This document shows positions 1 through 10,686 of a DNA stretch of 64,000 nt, piece after piece. The position numbers were made by a program, and so were the translations under genes. The DNA lies in contig CAVUVW010000006.1 of assembly GCA_963745035.1 (NCBI GenBank), positions 1 to 64,000 of the forward strand. The letters run 5' to 3'. Each line of letters begins with the position of its first letter. Position 1 is the first letter of the stretch. Under the pieces are notes generated by a model. The model was not told where the DNA came from. It saw nothing but the letters and a program-made list of their open reading frames with translations, and did no database searches. This DNA comes from an uncultured delta proteobacterium. GTDB lineage: Bacteria; Desulfobacterota; Binatia; UBA9968.

Positions 1-41
1 GATTAGGAATCCTGTGCTCTATCCACCTGAGCTACGGGGGC
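1..41 (-). tRNA. tRNA-Arg(CCT), 5' half; the gene continues past the left window edge
   Basis: Reverse complement reads GCCCCCGTAGCTCAGGTGGATAGAGCACAGGA-TTCCTAA-TC: acceptor stem, D-arm and anticodon stem/loop with CCT at 5-7. Confidence 0.9.
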
Positions 42-44
42 GCA
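3..44. repeat. att site (left junction), 42-bp direct repeat of 11750-11791
   Basis: TTAGGAATCCTGTGCTCTATCCACCTGAGCTACGGGGGCGCA is identical at both positions; identity begins exactly at the edge of the anticodon loop. Confidence 0.93.
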
Positions 45-49
45 AGGAA

Positions 50-62
50 TATCAGCTAGTTA
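50..62 (+). promoter_or_regulatory. IHF-type binding site next to att
   Basis: TATCAGCTAGTTA matches WATCARNNNNTTR; the equivalent TATCAGCTGGTTA lies at 11797-11809. Confidence 0.6.
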
Positions 63-117
63 CATTCTTTTTTATTTCCTCTCGTGTCAAGTTGTGCCTA
101 GCTGTGCCTTACAATTT

Positions 118-1306
118 TCATCCGCGCTGAATCAGCCGCTCCAGATCGCTCATCGCGTCCTGCTTCTTGTCCCTCAGGAAATGCGCGTAGACTCTCATCG
201 TGATCGAAACATCGGCATGCCCCAAGTAAGCCGAAATTTCGGTAATTCTGGGCCCCTGAGCAGGATCAGCATGCTCGCATAGGTATGTCTGAGCCGTGCA
301 TGGTGACGGCCTTCTCGATATTCCGCCTGTTCCAACGCCGGCGCTAAGCCATAGCGGCCGATTCCTGTACGGTTGCACGGTTCGCCGAACTCATTACAGA
401 AAACCAAATCAAGGCGGCTCTTCGGGCATTTCTCTTTCCACGCGCGTAAAGCCGTCACCAAGTCGGCGGAATCGGGATTTCGCGATTCCCCTTCTTCGTC
501 TTCGGATTGAACCATCGATGTTTTTCCGGCGTCGCCTCGCCTTTTACCCGGGCCGTCGATACGGTTCGCCGGATCGCAACAAGCTCCGGTCAAGGTCACA
601 TCCGCCCACCTGAGCGCCAGCAGCTCGCTGATGCGCGCGCCGGTATAGATAGCCGTCTGAATGATCGTCCGGTAAAGGCCGGGCTGGGCAGCGAGCACAC
701 CTGCTTTGCTTCCTGCGGCGCCAGCACTTCCTTTTCCGTGACTTCGTGCAGCCCGGTATAAAGCGCCTCCCCTGTTTCGGTCTGCTCGCCTGAGCTTTCT
801 TTCACCCGCTCAATGAGCTTGGTCGGGTCGTCTCCACCCCGCAGCGGTTACGGATGCCAAATTTGAAGACCCGGCTCATGGTCGTTAAAACTTTAGCAAC
901 GGTTCGTTGAGAAAGCCCGCGGCCGCCTTGCTCTTTCGGCATGCGCCACGTGGCAATGGCCCGCTCGATTGCCTGTAGGGTCGATGGCGCTGACTTTCAC
1001 GTTCTCAACGAAGCAAAACTTCATGTGGGCGATGTGAGCTTGCCACTGCGCCAGGCTCGAGGGACGATAGCCGGCGCCCGGTGTGCGGGATTGCTCGATC
1101 CGGTTCGTCATCCATGAATCGGCCAGGGCGCCAAAGGGCCGAATCTTCTTGGGCGCAACATAGGTGCCGGATTTGATCTTCGTCTTTGACGGTGTCGAGA
1201 TGCCTTCCGCCGCGCCCTTCGTGTCGAATCTCTTGCGATGTCTCGCGCCTTCGTTATGGGTCCAATCCGCCCGCCACTTCTTGCCAACCTTGTAAACTGC
1301 AGCCAT
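118..1306 (-). CDS. Tyrosine integrase, split by several frameshifts
   Basis: N-terminal arm-binding-like segment (VYKVGKKWRADW); AIYTGARISELLALRWADV; LRHTYASMLI; YLGHADVSITMRVYAH, spread across ORFs 893-1306, 195-698 and 118-378. Confidence 0.88.
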
Positions 1307-1307
1307 G

Positions 1308-1491
1308 TTAATCCCCCTTCCCTTTCGGTTTTGGCTTCAATGCGGAAAGCGCAGCTCAGCCATGCGCGGAACCGGCACCCGCTGCGTTCCCAACGTGATA
1401 CCGTCATAACGGACACGTCAAGCTCGCGCGCCAACTGCGACTGGCTATAACCTTTCACTAACCGCATTTTCCTAAAGCTCCGTGCGGACAC
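1308..1491 (-). CDS. Small XRE/Cro HTH regulator
   Basis: MRLVKGYSQSQLARELDVSVMTVSRWERS; preceded by TTGACG-N16-TATATA on the minus strand (~1504-1531) overlapping an imperfect palindrome. Confidence 0.7.
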
Positions 1492-1517
1492 ATGCAAACC
1501 GACTATATACAAAATGT

Positions 1518-1891
1518 TTATAGCACGTCAAGGGGACTTCGAGTTTGTTGGTTTTTTTGGCTCTCCAAAACTTCCTGCAAGTTAAAGCGGACAAAACGTC
1601 CCGCCTGATAGAACGGAATCGTCCTTTTCTTCACCCACTCGTAGACAGTCGCCTTGTTTACCTGGAGCATGACGGCCAACTGTTCAGCCGTAAGCAGTGC
1701 ACCAGCATCCGCGGCGGCTTTTGCCGCTGCGAAAACCTTCGCCCGCTTAAAGCGCTGCCGTTCCTCTTCGGCTGTCTCGAAGGATTTGGCGCGTCTCCAT
1801 TCCCATTCATTGCCGCACTAATCTCTTCGCGCACGATTGCGCGGAACTGCTCCAGCAGAAGATCGAAGGGATTTTGCGCCTGCTCGCTCAT
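1518..1891 (-). CDS. Excisionase-like HTH_17 DNA-binding protein (frameshifted)
   Basis: N-terminus from ORF 1658-1891; the alternative frame reads LLTAEQLAVMLQVNKATVYEWVKKRTIPFYQAGRFVRFNLQEV to TAA at 1518. Confidence 0.75.
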
Positions 1892-2158
1892 CGATTTATT
1901 TTCTTACGCCGCGTCGTCCGGAACATCCTTGCTCACGATGACTCGCGGTTTTCCCGGTTCTTGCTGCGAAAAGTCGGGGAGCAGGAAGTCGCGCGGCGGC
2001 CTTGCTCTGTTCGCCGAGCGCCTGGCAGCGCGCGTTGTATTTGTCGATGCTGTTGTCGATATTGTTTATCGCCGTTTGAATCGTGGGACGGTGATCTCCC
2101 GGGCATTGATGGCGGAGTCCGCCAATGACATCGGCGGCGCTGGCCCACGCGCTTCACG

Positions 2159-2512
2159 TCAAGCCTCGTGAGCTCGCCAATCGCAGTATCGATGGTTGCC
2201 ATATTGGCAAAGCCGGGCACCGCACTCGAGCTCGCTGCAGCCCCACCTGAAAATAGTTGCCGCGTGGCCCAGCCCACTGAGATCCATGTCGAGTGCGACT
2301 GCGGTACCCTGCGTGGCCAGATAATCCAGCTTGGCCGCGAGCGTCTCGCGCAGCTCGATGATTTGCTCTCGCGCCGCCACGTAGTCCGCGAGCGCTTGCC
2401 GTCGCTTGCCGTCGCGCCGCTGATCTTCGGCGGCGGCTGCCGCTTCTCTCTCCAACTGCCGCCTGGCCGCATGCCCAGCAGCTATCGCAAATTTTTCGTC
2501 TAGCTCATCCAT
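2159..2512 (-). CDS. Hypothetical element protein, probably extending to ~1900 via frameshifts
   Basis: ORF with upstream GAAAGGAA RBS; coiled-coil-like N-terminus. Confidence 0.45.
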   Translation of the reverse strand: MDELDEKFAIAAGHAARRQLEREAAAAAEDQRRDGKRRQALADYVAAREQIIELRETLAAKLDYLATQGTAVALDMDLSGLGHAATIFRWGCSELECGARLCQYGNHRYCDWRAHEA

Positions 2513-2535
2513 CGCTTTAATTCCTTTCGCGCCTT

Positions 2536-2865
2536 TCAGATAACCCGCACACCGTTCAACTGCTCCCGAATCCGCCGCCGTTCCTCATGCAGCAGCTTAT
2601 GCCGCGTCGTGCCGGGGTCGAGGTAATCCTTGTCAGCCAAAATTTCCGCGTAGCGTTTTTTGAGCACTCCCTGCGGCGAGTTGTCCTCCGGCAATTTTTT
2701 GGTATTTTCCATTTGCACGTTCTCTGGCGAATAACGCCGCCACCCGTTAACGTCGCGCTTTGGAGTGATAATTCCGCGCTTCTCAAGTCGCCGGATGGTT
2801 TCCGGATGAAGCCCGACCTTTTCTGCAATCTCCGAAATCAGCATTTTAAGCTCCTTTCCGCGCAA
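2536..2865 (-). CDS. MerR-type HTH DNA-binding protein
   Basis: MLISEIAEKVGLHPETIRRLEKRGIITPKRDVNGWRRYS is a MerR HTH signature. Confidence 0.75.
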   Translation of the reverse strand: MRGKELKMLISEIAEKVGLHPETIRRLEKRGIITPKRDVNGWRRYSPENVQMENTKKLPEDNSPQGVLKKRYAEILADKDYLDPGTTRHKLLHEERRRIREQLNGVRVI

Positions 2866-2914
2866 GGAAGTTTTGTGTAATGTAGGGCTCCCTTAAACCA
2901 GTGCGCAAGCATCG

Positions 2915-3528
2915 GTGCAAAACTATTCCAAGGGAGTACCCCGCCATATGAGTGTAAAAAGACAGGCGGATGCGAATGATGAATGGGCCTTAGATTTGAT
3001 CGCGGGTTTTTTGAATACAGCTTCCGAGGGCGCGACAGATCGAAAATGGCAAGCGTTGCCTAGAAAGGCCAACACCAAGAAGCGGGGCACGTTTCAATTG
3101 GATCGAATGAAATTGGATGACGCTATTAGCCTTCGTTGCCAGATGCACGAAGCCCTAAGCTTCCTGCGACTAGAGAAATGGCAATTTACGGAAAAGAAAA
3201 TTCCAATCCCTTATGCGGAGCTAATTTCTCAACTCAACGATCTGAAAACCCCTACTGAATACTATGCAAGAGAGATCAAAAAGAGCAATAAAACATGGCC
3301 CGGTCAACGAGTCTTGCGGACTGGCGTCGCCGGTGGACTGTTTCGTTTTGGCCTGGCTCTACAACCCCAAAGGAAAGACTCTACGGCTTTCTCGCCGGCG
3401 CTTTGATCCGCGGCACCATGAACCGTCTCAAGGTTTGTAGACATTGCGGAAAGTATATCGTGGTGCGCGATATTAAGCGGGAGTTTTGCCCAGATACGAA
3501 CTGCAAAAATGATTTTTTCAACGCGTTA
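2915..3528 (+). CDS. CGNR/ABATE-like zinc-finger protein (frameshifted)
   Basis: C-terminal RLKVCRHCGKYIV...REFCPDTNC motif in ORF 3295-3642. Confidence 0.5.
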
Positions 3529-3559
3529 AAAACAGCGTGGGCGAAGCAAAACAAAGTCG

Positions 3560-4006
3560 ATTCGCTTCTCCCAAGAGCCGTTCAATCGGTCGAGGGACCT
3601 CGAGAGGGACATTTTAGCAGCGGGCCGGGTTCTGACGCCTGAGGAAATCGCCATAGCCCAACGTGTCGGCGTCGCCCAACCTGAACGGATCCGCATTCGA
3701 TCGGTTAAGACGATCGCTGCTCCGCGCGACCCCGAACTCGCCGAGGCCGCAGAGAAAGCTGGTCTATGCTGGGCCACCATGTCCGGCCTGACTGCGTTCT
3801 ATGGAATCATGCTAGTGGAAGGAGACTATACTCGCGAGCTTCTCGCGCACGAGTGCTACCACGTCCGGCAATATGAAGAACACGGCTCGATTGCCAACTT
3901 TTTGGAAGAGTATATTTCACAAGTGCTCGTGTGGGGTTATGGGGATGCACGGTTGGAGAGAGACGCTCGTGAAGTCGCGCGCGGGTATGAATTAACCCTG
4001 AGGTGA
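3560..4006 (+). CDS. Zincin-like protein (DUF4157-like), frameshifted N-terminus
   Basis: LLAHECYHVRQYE HExxH motif followed by GYGDARLERDA. Confidence 0.65.
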   Translation: MRFSQEPFNRSRDLERDILAAGRVLTPEEIAIAQRVGVAQPERIRIRSVKTIAAPRDPELAEAAEKAGLCWATMSGLTAFYGIMLVEGDYTRELLAHECYHVRQYEEHGSIANFLEEYISQVLVWGYGDARLERDAREVARGYELTLR

Positions 4007-4035
4007 GATCGTATTGAAGCGTCGTTCAGTTCAAT
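4007..4035. repeat. 29-bp repeat containing an ATTGAA-N11-TTCAAT dyad (copy 1)
   Basis: 27/29 identical to 5725-5753. Confidence 0.75.
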
Positions 4036-4342
4036 GCTGGAATATAAATTCAGATCAACCCGGACATTTTGCAGACAGCTTAGGAAAAACTAGCGCCACG
4101 AAGCTAGAATAGACGGCCTGCTTAAAAGGCAATCAGAGAGTACTAACAAGTACCACATCATACTAAAACTCCTCGCATGCTTTCCCGCACGGAAATACTA
4201 CATCGTACAGAGCCGTTTTGGCGGTAGTTCACGCACAAAAGGCGCACAAAACACGGCAGCGGTTTGGCCAAAATCATGTCCTTGACAGACTTTAGCGAGC
4301 TAGGCGATATTTTGCGCGGTTAAACCCGCAAGGTCATCCTCA

Positions 4343-4797
4343 ATGGATCAATCAGTCGTCAGCGCGTTATCAGCGATCTTGGGTTCACTGGTTGGCGGTT
4401 CGGCCACCATTGCCACTGCTTGGATTACACAGAAGACGCAAAGCAGACGCGAGTTAGTCGGCGCCGAGATTCGAAAGCGAGAACTACTCTATACTGAGTT
4501 TATTGACGAGTGCTCGAAGCTGGCCATTGACGCTTTGGACCACACGCTCGATGACACCACGAAGGTTTTTCGCGTTTACGCACTTTCAAGTCGCATCAGG
4601 CTCACATCGTCCGACATGGTGGTTGCGGCCGCAGATCAGACCGTAAAGCATATTCTCACGAGCTATTTCAGGCCTAACATGACGAAGAAGAATTAGAGAA
4701 ATATAGCGCCCTTTCCGGAACTGCTCAAAAAGATCCGCTTACGCAATTCAGCGAAGCCTGTCGAAACGAGCTTAAAGCATTGCAATCTGGCTTCTGA
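4343..4797 (+). CDS. Hypothetical membrane-anchored protein (frameshift near the C-terminus)
   Basis: N-terminal hydrophobic helix SALSAILGSLVGGSATIATAWI; reading continues in another frame to TGA at 4797. Confidence 0.6.
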
Positions 4798-5082
4798 CGA
4801 AGCAGGTCGTCCGTCCACAAGGAAGCCTGTTACGGCAATTCGTATAATTCAAGTCCGTATCAGAATCCCCGCCGCCGATAAATAATTTGCCTGAAACGAG
4901 GCGATCAATCACCCGTAGGCAGTGCCACTAAAAACATGGTGCGGAGGCCGCCCTCTCCTGGATGGTGCGCAATTGAATAACAAACTCTTATCCGATATGG
5001 TCCGGCGAAAATAATCAGCTGAGTCTGGTTCGCCGAGGCAAAACTCGCATTCCAGCGCTCCAGCGAACTAGGAGAGACTTCG

Positions 5083-5604
5083 ATGGTAGTAAAACGCGCC
5101 CTTGTGCTCCTTCTTGTCATTTCATTCATCGCCGCAGGAATTCCTAGCCGGGCTCACGCAGCGGAGCCCAAGGGTGCGGCGGGGGTGGAAGCGTTCGTCA
5201 ACTCGCTTCTGCGCGACGCGGAGGTAAAGGAGTTGCTTCAGGCAGTCGCTAGCGGAATCCTCCCGGCGACCGAGGCACAGCTTGAGCAATTCGCCGAACT
5301 CGCCGTCAGCGGCGCAACTCCGGAAGAGCTCCACGAGCAGCTTCAGCTCATTGTGAGCAGCTTTCCCGAGACAACCCAATCAGACATTGAGCAGCTCATT
5401 TTCCGCTTATTTTCTGTTGCAGGGGTCGGGTTAATGGCTGGCGCGATTGTGAAGTTCAAGGGGCACAAAGACAATCCGACCCAACATCCGATCGGAACTC
5501 CGAGGACCCAACAGGCTGTTGCGCAGCTCTTCATTGCGGCCGCGTTGCTTATCATTCCGAGCATTTTTGAGTCGGGGGGTGGAACACTTTTTGGGGGAAA
5601 TTAA
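5083..5604 (+). CDS. Secreted/membrane protein with an IcmD(DotP)-like pilin C-terminus
   Basis: Signal peptide, then AGVGLMAGAIVKFKGHKDNPTQHPIGTP...LFIAAALLIIPSIF, resembling the KFKxHKDNPTQxPIGTP motif of Dot/Icm IcmD. Confidence 0.65.
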   Translation: MVVKRALVLLLVISFIAAGIPSRAHAAEPKGAAGVEAFVNSLLRDAEVKELLQAVASGILPATEAQLEQFAELAVSGATPEELHEQLQLIVSSFPETTQSDIEQLIFRLFSVAGVGLMAGAIVKFKGHKDNPTQHPIGTPRTQQAVAQLFIAAALLIIPSIFESGGGTLFGGN

Positions 5605-5724
5605 TATACGCTAACTGACGCGACGATTTAGAGCGCTACGGTCCGTCTGCCCGGCCCTCTCCGTGATGGACTCCCGGCGTGTAGCTGGTTCTCTTTGTCG
5701 TCTTGAATAGGATTGACAATTCAC

Positions 5725-5753
5725 GATCGGATTGAAGCGTCGTACAGTTCAAT
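5725..5753. repeat. 29-bp repeat containing an ATTGAA-N11-TTCAAT dyad (copy 2)
   Basis: GATCGGATTGAAGCGTCGTACAGTTCAAT versus GATCGTATTGAAGCGTCGTTCAGTTCAAT at 4007. Confidence 0.75.
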
Positions 5754-5856
5754 CTCAGGCTAAAAATCTAGTCTTTCCACTCGACGAATACCTGTCACCT
5801 TCGGTTAAAAATCTCAGTTTTCCTCTAATACGGCCCGCGTGATACATGTGTGTGCA

Positions 5857-6850
5857 ATGAGGAAAGCGGGAGTCTTATCAATCCTGTTTGTAGTGGCGCT
5901 GCTTGCTGTTGCAGTCATCGCCGAGGCGCAGCAGCCGAAGAAAGTCCCTCGGATAGGGTATCTAAGTCGGGCGATCCAGCTCGTGAGTCCGCCCGTTCCG
6001 AGGCAATTCGGCTGGCTCTGCGCGAGCTTGGCTACATAGAAGGACAGAACATCGCCATCGAGTACCGATATGGGGAGGGGAAGCACGATCGGCTCCTGAG
6101 CTTGCGGCCGAGCTGGTGCGTCTCAAGGTTGATATCATCGTGGTACCAGGAGGGGACGCGCCGACCCGGGCGGCCAAGAATGCGACCAAGACGATTCCCA
6201 TCGTTATGATGGGCCTTTCGGCCGATCCTGTCGAGTTGGGCCTGGTTGAAAGCCTTGCCCGTCCCGGCGGCAACGTCACCGGCCTTACAACCCTTTCCAG
6301 AGAACTAGGCGGGAAGCGGCTGGAGCTGCTCAAAGAAGCCGTTCCCAAAGTTGCCCGTGTCGCGGTTCTCTACGAGCCGGCCAGTCCGGCCGCTGTACTC
6401 GAGGTGAAAGAGGTTCTCCCAGTCGCGGCGCGTGCGCTGGGGTTGACTATTCGGTCTTGGGAGGTACGAGCTGCGGACGGTTTCGAGAAGGTATTCGCTG
6501 CGCTAAATAAGCAGCGCCCGGATGGACTCTACGTGACCACGGGCGCGCTAATAACTGCCAACCAAAAACGGATCGTGGGCTTTGCGTTAAAGAGCCGGTT
6601 ACCGTCGGTGTACAGCAGCAGAGAATTTGTAGATGCTGGCGGGCTCATGTCCTACGGGGCGGACCTCGCGGACAGCTACCGGCGCGCAGCCACCTACGTG
6701 GACAAAATCCTGAAGGGCGCCAAGCCTGCCGATCTGCCGATGGAGCAGCCAACGAAGTTCGAGTTGGTCATCAATCTCAAGACGGCGAAACAGATCGGCC
6801 TGACGATTCCGCCGAAAGTGCTGGCGAGAGCGGATAAGGTGATCAAGTAA
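5857..6850 (+). CDS. ABC transporter substrate-binding protein (ABC_sub_bind type), frameshifted
   Basis: AQQPKKVPRIGYLS ... LARPGGNVTG ... GGLMSYG ... PTKFELVINLKTAKQIGLTIPPKVLARADKVIK. Confidence 0.88.
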
Positions 6851-6959
6851 CGCCAGGATTGAATTGAATTCTCCATCAATCGAAAATCCCTAGATTACCT
6901 GTAAAACACCCCGCCTTTGAGCACAGAGCCTTCCTCAAGTTCCGCCCCTGGAATTGTTT

Positions 6960-8995
6960 TTATAACCTCTTCGAAGGGTCAAAAACACTGAACTCGGTTT
7001 TGACTTTCACCGCCGGTCGAGTCTTTGGCTTATTTGGGTTGATGCGATCGGCGCAGCAAGAAAAGGCATTGGCCACGTAATGCCAGACGGTGCGCTTGTC
7101 GCGCCGGTCCTGCTCATAGCTCCATCGCCCGCTGAACGCTTCCACGAGCAAACGCGCATCGGTCCGGTGGATCTGCAGCGCCGGCTTCATGGTGTAGCCC
7201 TGAACCTTGCCGAACACGTCAAGCATGGAATCGCGCCGGCTCTCCCATGGATGGGTTGGCCGGATTCCAACTCCCGCCAAGCAGGTCGTTAAGCGTTTGC
7301 ACGAAGTTACACTGCGCCTCGGTCTCGATTTCCTCCACCACGCCCAAGAGCAAGCGGCGGTCGGCAAATACCCAGGGACAATTGGCCACAAGCCATGGCT
7401 TGACGAAGGTCTCCACATGGCGCCGTAGACTCATCTCGGGACTGGCGAAAGCGGCGAGCACGGTAACGGCGCCGCTCACCGATTGAGCAATCACCGTTGC
7501 CGGTAGCTCGAAGGTCTGGCCAATGTAAACTGCCCCGTGAAACGGCTTTACGGCCTCGGTTACATGCTGCGAGGGGTTAAACCCTCGAGCCGCGCGATTG
7601 CCGATCTCTGCCCGGTGCGCCATGGCCGCCACGCTCGCCATCGCCAGCGCAACAATGGCGTCAATCTTCTTCGATGCCTTTTCCTTGGCGATCCGCCAGC
7701 CGCGGGGATTCTCAACGGCTACGGTGGAAAGCGCTTGCTGTCTCAGTTCGTCGCTTGGATAGAGCACAAGATTTTGCCCGGTGAGAAGATCGAAAAGAGT
7801 CTGCCCCATGAACGTGCAGTTGGCCTGGGTCTGCGGAAACTCCCGGATCGGAATCCCGGAAGCTTGTAAGGTCGTGATCGATCGGTGCATCTGATACGGG
7901 TCGGCCACGATCTCAACCACGTCGCCCCAATCGTTCAAATTCCGCAAATCCTGCTCGACGGTGTTTTCCAGGTCCAAGGGGCTTAAGGGCGTCGGCTTCC
8001 AGATGCGGTGCGAGACAAGAATCAACTTCTCGCCTTGCTCATCCCATTTGACCGCCACGCGCGCGGCATTGTCGTGCTTGATGCCGACGTCGACGCCGAC
8101 AAATAGCGGGCTTCGATCGGTTGTGCTCGGGTGATGGGAATGATCGACGCACGGATCCCACATTTCCGGCGTGATGAAGACTTCTTCGGCCGTCGCCCAC
8201 TTGTTTTCATGCAAGCGGAGATAGGTGCCAGGACGAAGGGTTTTCTTCTGGCTTTGATAATACGCCAAAGTCTGCCACGGCATGCGCGGCTCATGGTCCC
8301 AGTATGCGAAGATGCGCGCGTCACGGTTGCCATAGATCGGCAAATCGGGATGAAGTCGCTCGCCCTGGCCTTCGGGGTGCTCATCCTTGCTTACGACTTG
8401 CTTATATAAATCCCAGAGCAGTCCGGATTCGCCCTCGAATCCGGCATAGGTGGAAATGAAGCGGATGGAGTTCTTGCGGGTCGGGACCGGCGTGAGTTCT
8501 TCCCAAAGCCGGGTGCTGGACTCGCTGGTATATCCCCAGAGCTCGTCATAGCTCACAAAGCCATGATTGCTGCCCGCGGCGCCCTGATAGTCCCCGCTGA
8601 TCGCCGTCAGGATCGTGCCGTTGGCGAAGTAGATCGTTTTGGCCTGGACTTCGGCTTCCCGCTTAAGCTCGGGGTTGTGCTCGATGATGCCTTCCATGGT
8701 GCGAAAGACGCGCGCCAAGGTCTGCTCCATGTCATTGGCGAGTACCAGAATTTCGTTCGGTGATTCCTGAGTGAATCCCCAGCCGAGAGTGATGGCGCCG
8801 TTGAGCGTGGTTTTGCCGGACTTCTTCGGGCAGGACCAAATGATCGTGTCCCACAGAAGCCGGCCGTCTTTATCGAAGGCAAAGGCGAGACGCAGAATCT
8901 CCCGCTGGTGATCGCATGAGCGTGAAGGGCTGGCCCAACTCGTTTTTCTTGACCAGCTTGTCGATGAAGGTGATAGGGTGAATCAGTTTGGTCAT
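6960..8995 (-). CDS. Terminase large subunit with C-terminal extension (frameshifted)
   Basis: Walker A SCPKKSGKT, Walker B FVSYDELWG, coupling motif FISTYAG, nuclease GVDVG...IVADPYQ...KIDAIVALAMA. Confidence 0.85.
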
Positions 8996-9023
8996 TGGCC
9001 ATTGGATCCTGTGATGATAATCG

Positions 9024-9230
9024 GTGGTCACTGTGTTGTATTCATGCCCGCATTGCCGCAGTCATAGCCTCGAGCGCTCTCATCGCAGCCGCTGGGAACG
9101 CTTGTTGAGCAGCCTCATAAATGCACAGCTAATTGCCTGCCGTGATTGCAACTCCCGCTATTGGGTAAGTCCAAACGGCATTTGGGGACGTGGATTTTTG
9201 CATCTTCTTTGGTTGCTGATTCGCTCATAG
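9024..9230 (+). CDS. Small zinc-ribbon protein
   Basis: CPHC...CRDC motif. Confidence 0.4.
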   Translation: MVTVLYSCPHCRSHSLERSHRSRWERLLSSLINAQLIACRDCNSRYWVSPNGIWGRGFLHLLWLLIRS

Positions 9231-9593
9231 CGGGATGCCTTTTTCCTCCGTGCGCGCCTTGATCTTGGCCATGAACAGTGCCGACCATCGGGTGCGACGT
9301 TGGGGTCGGTCATACCTTGTCCATCAGTTCGTGAAACCGGAGGATGCCAACCCGGTTGAGCAACGCCTTTGCCCGCTTCAAAGCGTAGCCGTCCATCCGG
9401 CAGTGGTCAGAGCAATAGCGTTTGCCGCGCTGTGATTTGATCGTGATCGGGCTTAGCGCACAACGGGTTCGCGCAGCGTTCAGGATTGGCGTTATTGGTA
9501 GCCGTTAACGGCTCATTCTCGCATTCTCCGGGCTCGGTAGGGGGTGAGCCTTCACTCTCAAAGGTGCGAGTTGTTAACGCCTTCATTGGTCTT

Positions 9594-10040
9594 TCAGTTG
9601 CTACCTCCTAGTAGCGTGACTCTGAGAGACATGGCTATGGGCGACTCAAATGTCCCAGACAGTGCGCTATCGGAAACCAAAGGGCACTCGATTCTCGCGA
9701 GTTTACCCAGATCTCTTCCAAAGCACGGGCGGAAATTGCGCTTCTCAAAAAAACCGCGGTGCTGTGTGAATCGTGCGGTTGTGTCTATGGGGATTGCGGC
9801 GATGAGACAGTTTGCTTGGAACGGTTGCCAGTAGCCGGACAGTCCTAAACGGGTTACCGCGAGGTGGGCCGTGAGCACGAAAAATGTTCTGGATTCGGTA
9901 CTACTGCTTCTTGTCGCATCCGCGATGATGTTTCTCTGGTGCCGGAGCGACCCTCGCGCGCCGCACAGGGACGAAAGTTTCTTAGCGTCTCTAGCTCGCA
10001 TGCGCTGATCAAATCGACTCCGACGGGTTAGCGCGGTCAT
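9594..10040 (-). CDS. Hypothetical element protein (probably frameshifted)
   Basis: ORF start coupled to the upstream TerS-like stop; no recognisable motif. Confidence 0.3.
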   Translation of the reverse strand: MTALTRRSRFDQRMRARDAKKLSSLCGARGSLRHQRNIIADATRSSSTESRTFFVLTAHLAVTRLGLSGYWQPFQANCLIAAIPIDTTARFTQHRGFFEKRNFRPCFGRDLGKLARIECPLVSDSALSGTFESPIAMSLRVTLLGGSN

Positions 10041-10482
10041 TGTCGGGTGTCGGCTTGGGGCTGCTCGGTATCGCCGTTGAGCAGGTCGGTAACGGTTTTC
10101 ACTTTATGCCGGCGCTCAAGGCCGAGTTGGGAAAGATAGCGAGTAAGGCCATCGGCAAGGGTCTGACGCTGAATCACAACCGGTAGCAGCGTGCGCTTTC
10201 GAGCATTCCCAGCGTCGGCTGTGTGAGTAACCAAGCATCGATACTATCCAAGAGCAGTTTGGACTTGACGGCTAGATCGACCAGGGCGCTTTGCTGCGTG
10301 CTGATGGCATCGGCGCCGCCAAGATCCGCGATCAGATCGGCACGCCATTTTTTGAGCGCATAGCCAAGCTTGGTATTGCCGGGGATGACCCGGCTTCCGA
10401 GTTGGGTTACTGCGGCTTTCAGCGTGTTGAGCCCGTGCTTTCGCGCATTCCCGTTGCCTTTGGGCGCCCCTCCTGCTCTCAT
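10037..10482 (-). CDS. Putative terminase small subunit-like protein (frameshifted)
   Basis: GGAPKGNGNARKHG motif typical of TerS/HGGxSTG-associated proteins; upstream of terL on the same strand. Confidence 0.55.
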
Positions 10483-10591
10483 TGTTTTCCGCTGCGCTCA
10501 TCTGACCTGCACGGACTTTCCAGCATCGCGCGCATGGCACGTTATGGCACAGCAAATTAGAAGTGATTGAACTCGCTTAGATTTTTTTGCG

Positions 10592-10615
10592 GCACAGGTT
10601 GGGAAATCCTGTGCT
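10592..10615. repeat. Degenerate att-like core site
   Basis: GCACAGG-N9-CCTGTGC dyad; AATCCTGTGCT matches att positions 8-18; nearby tandem ATGGCAC repeats (10534-10553) are inverted copies of the TGTGCC repeats at 91-111. Confidence 0.5.
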
Positions 10616-10686
10616 GTGTCAGATGCCGGCAGAGATAAGCAGCTCAAGCTAGCATCCTCGATATACTCAGTAATTGGATTGAATCA

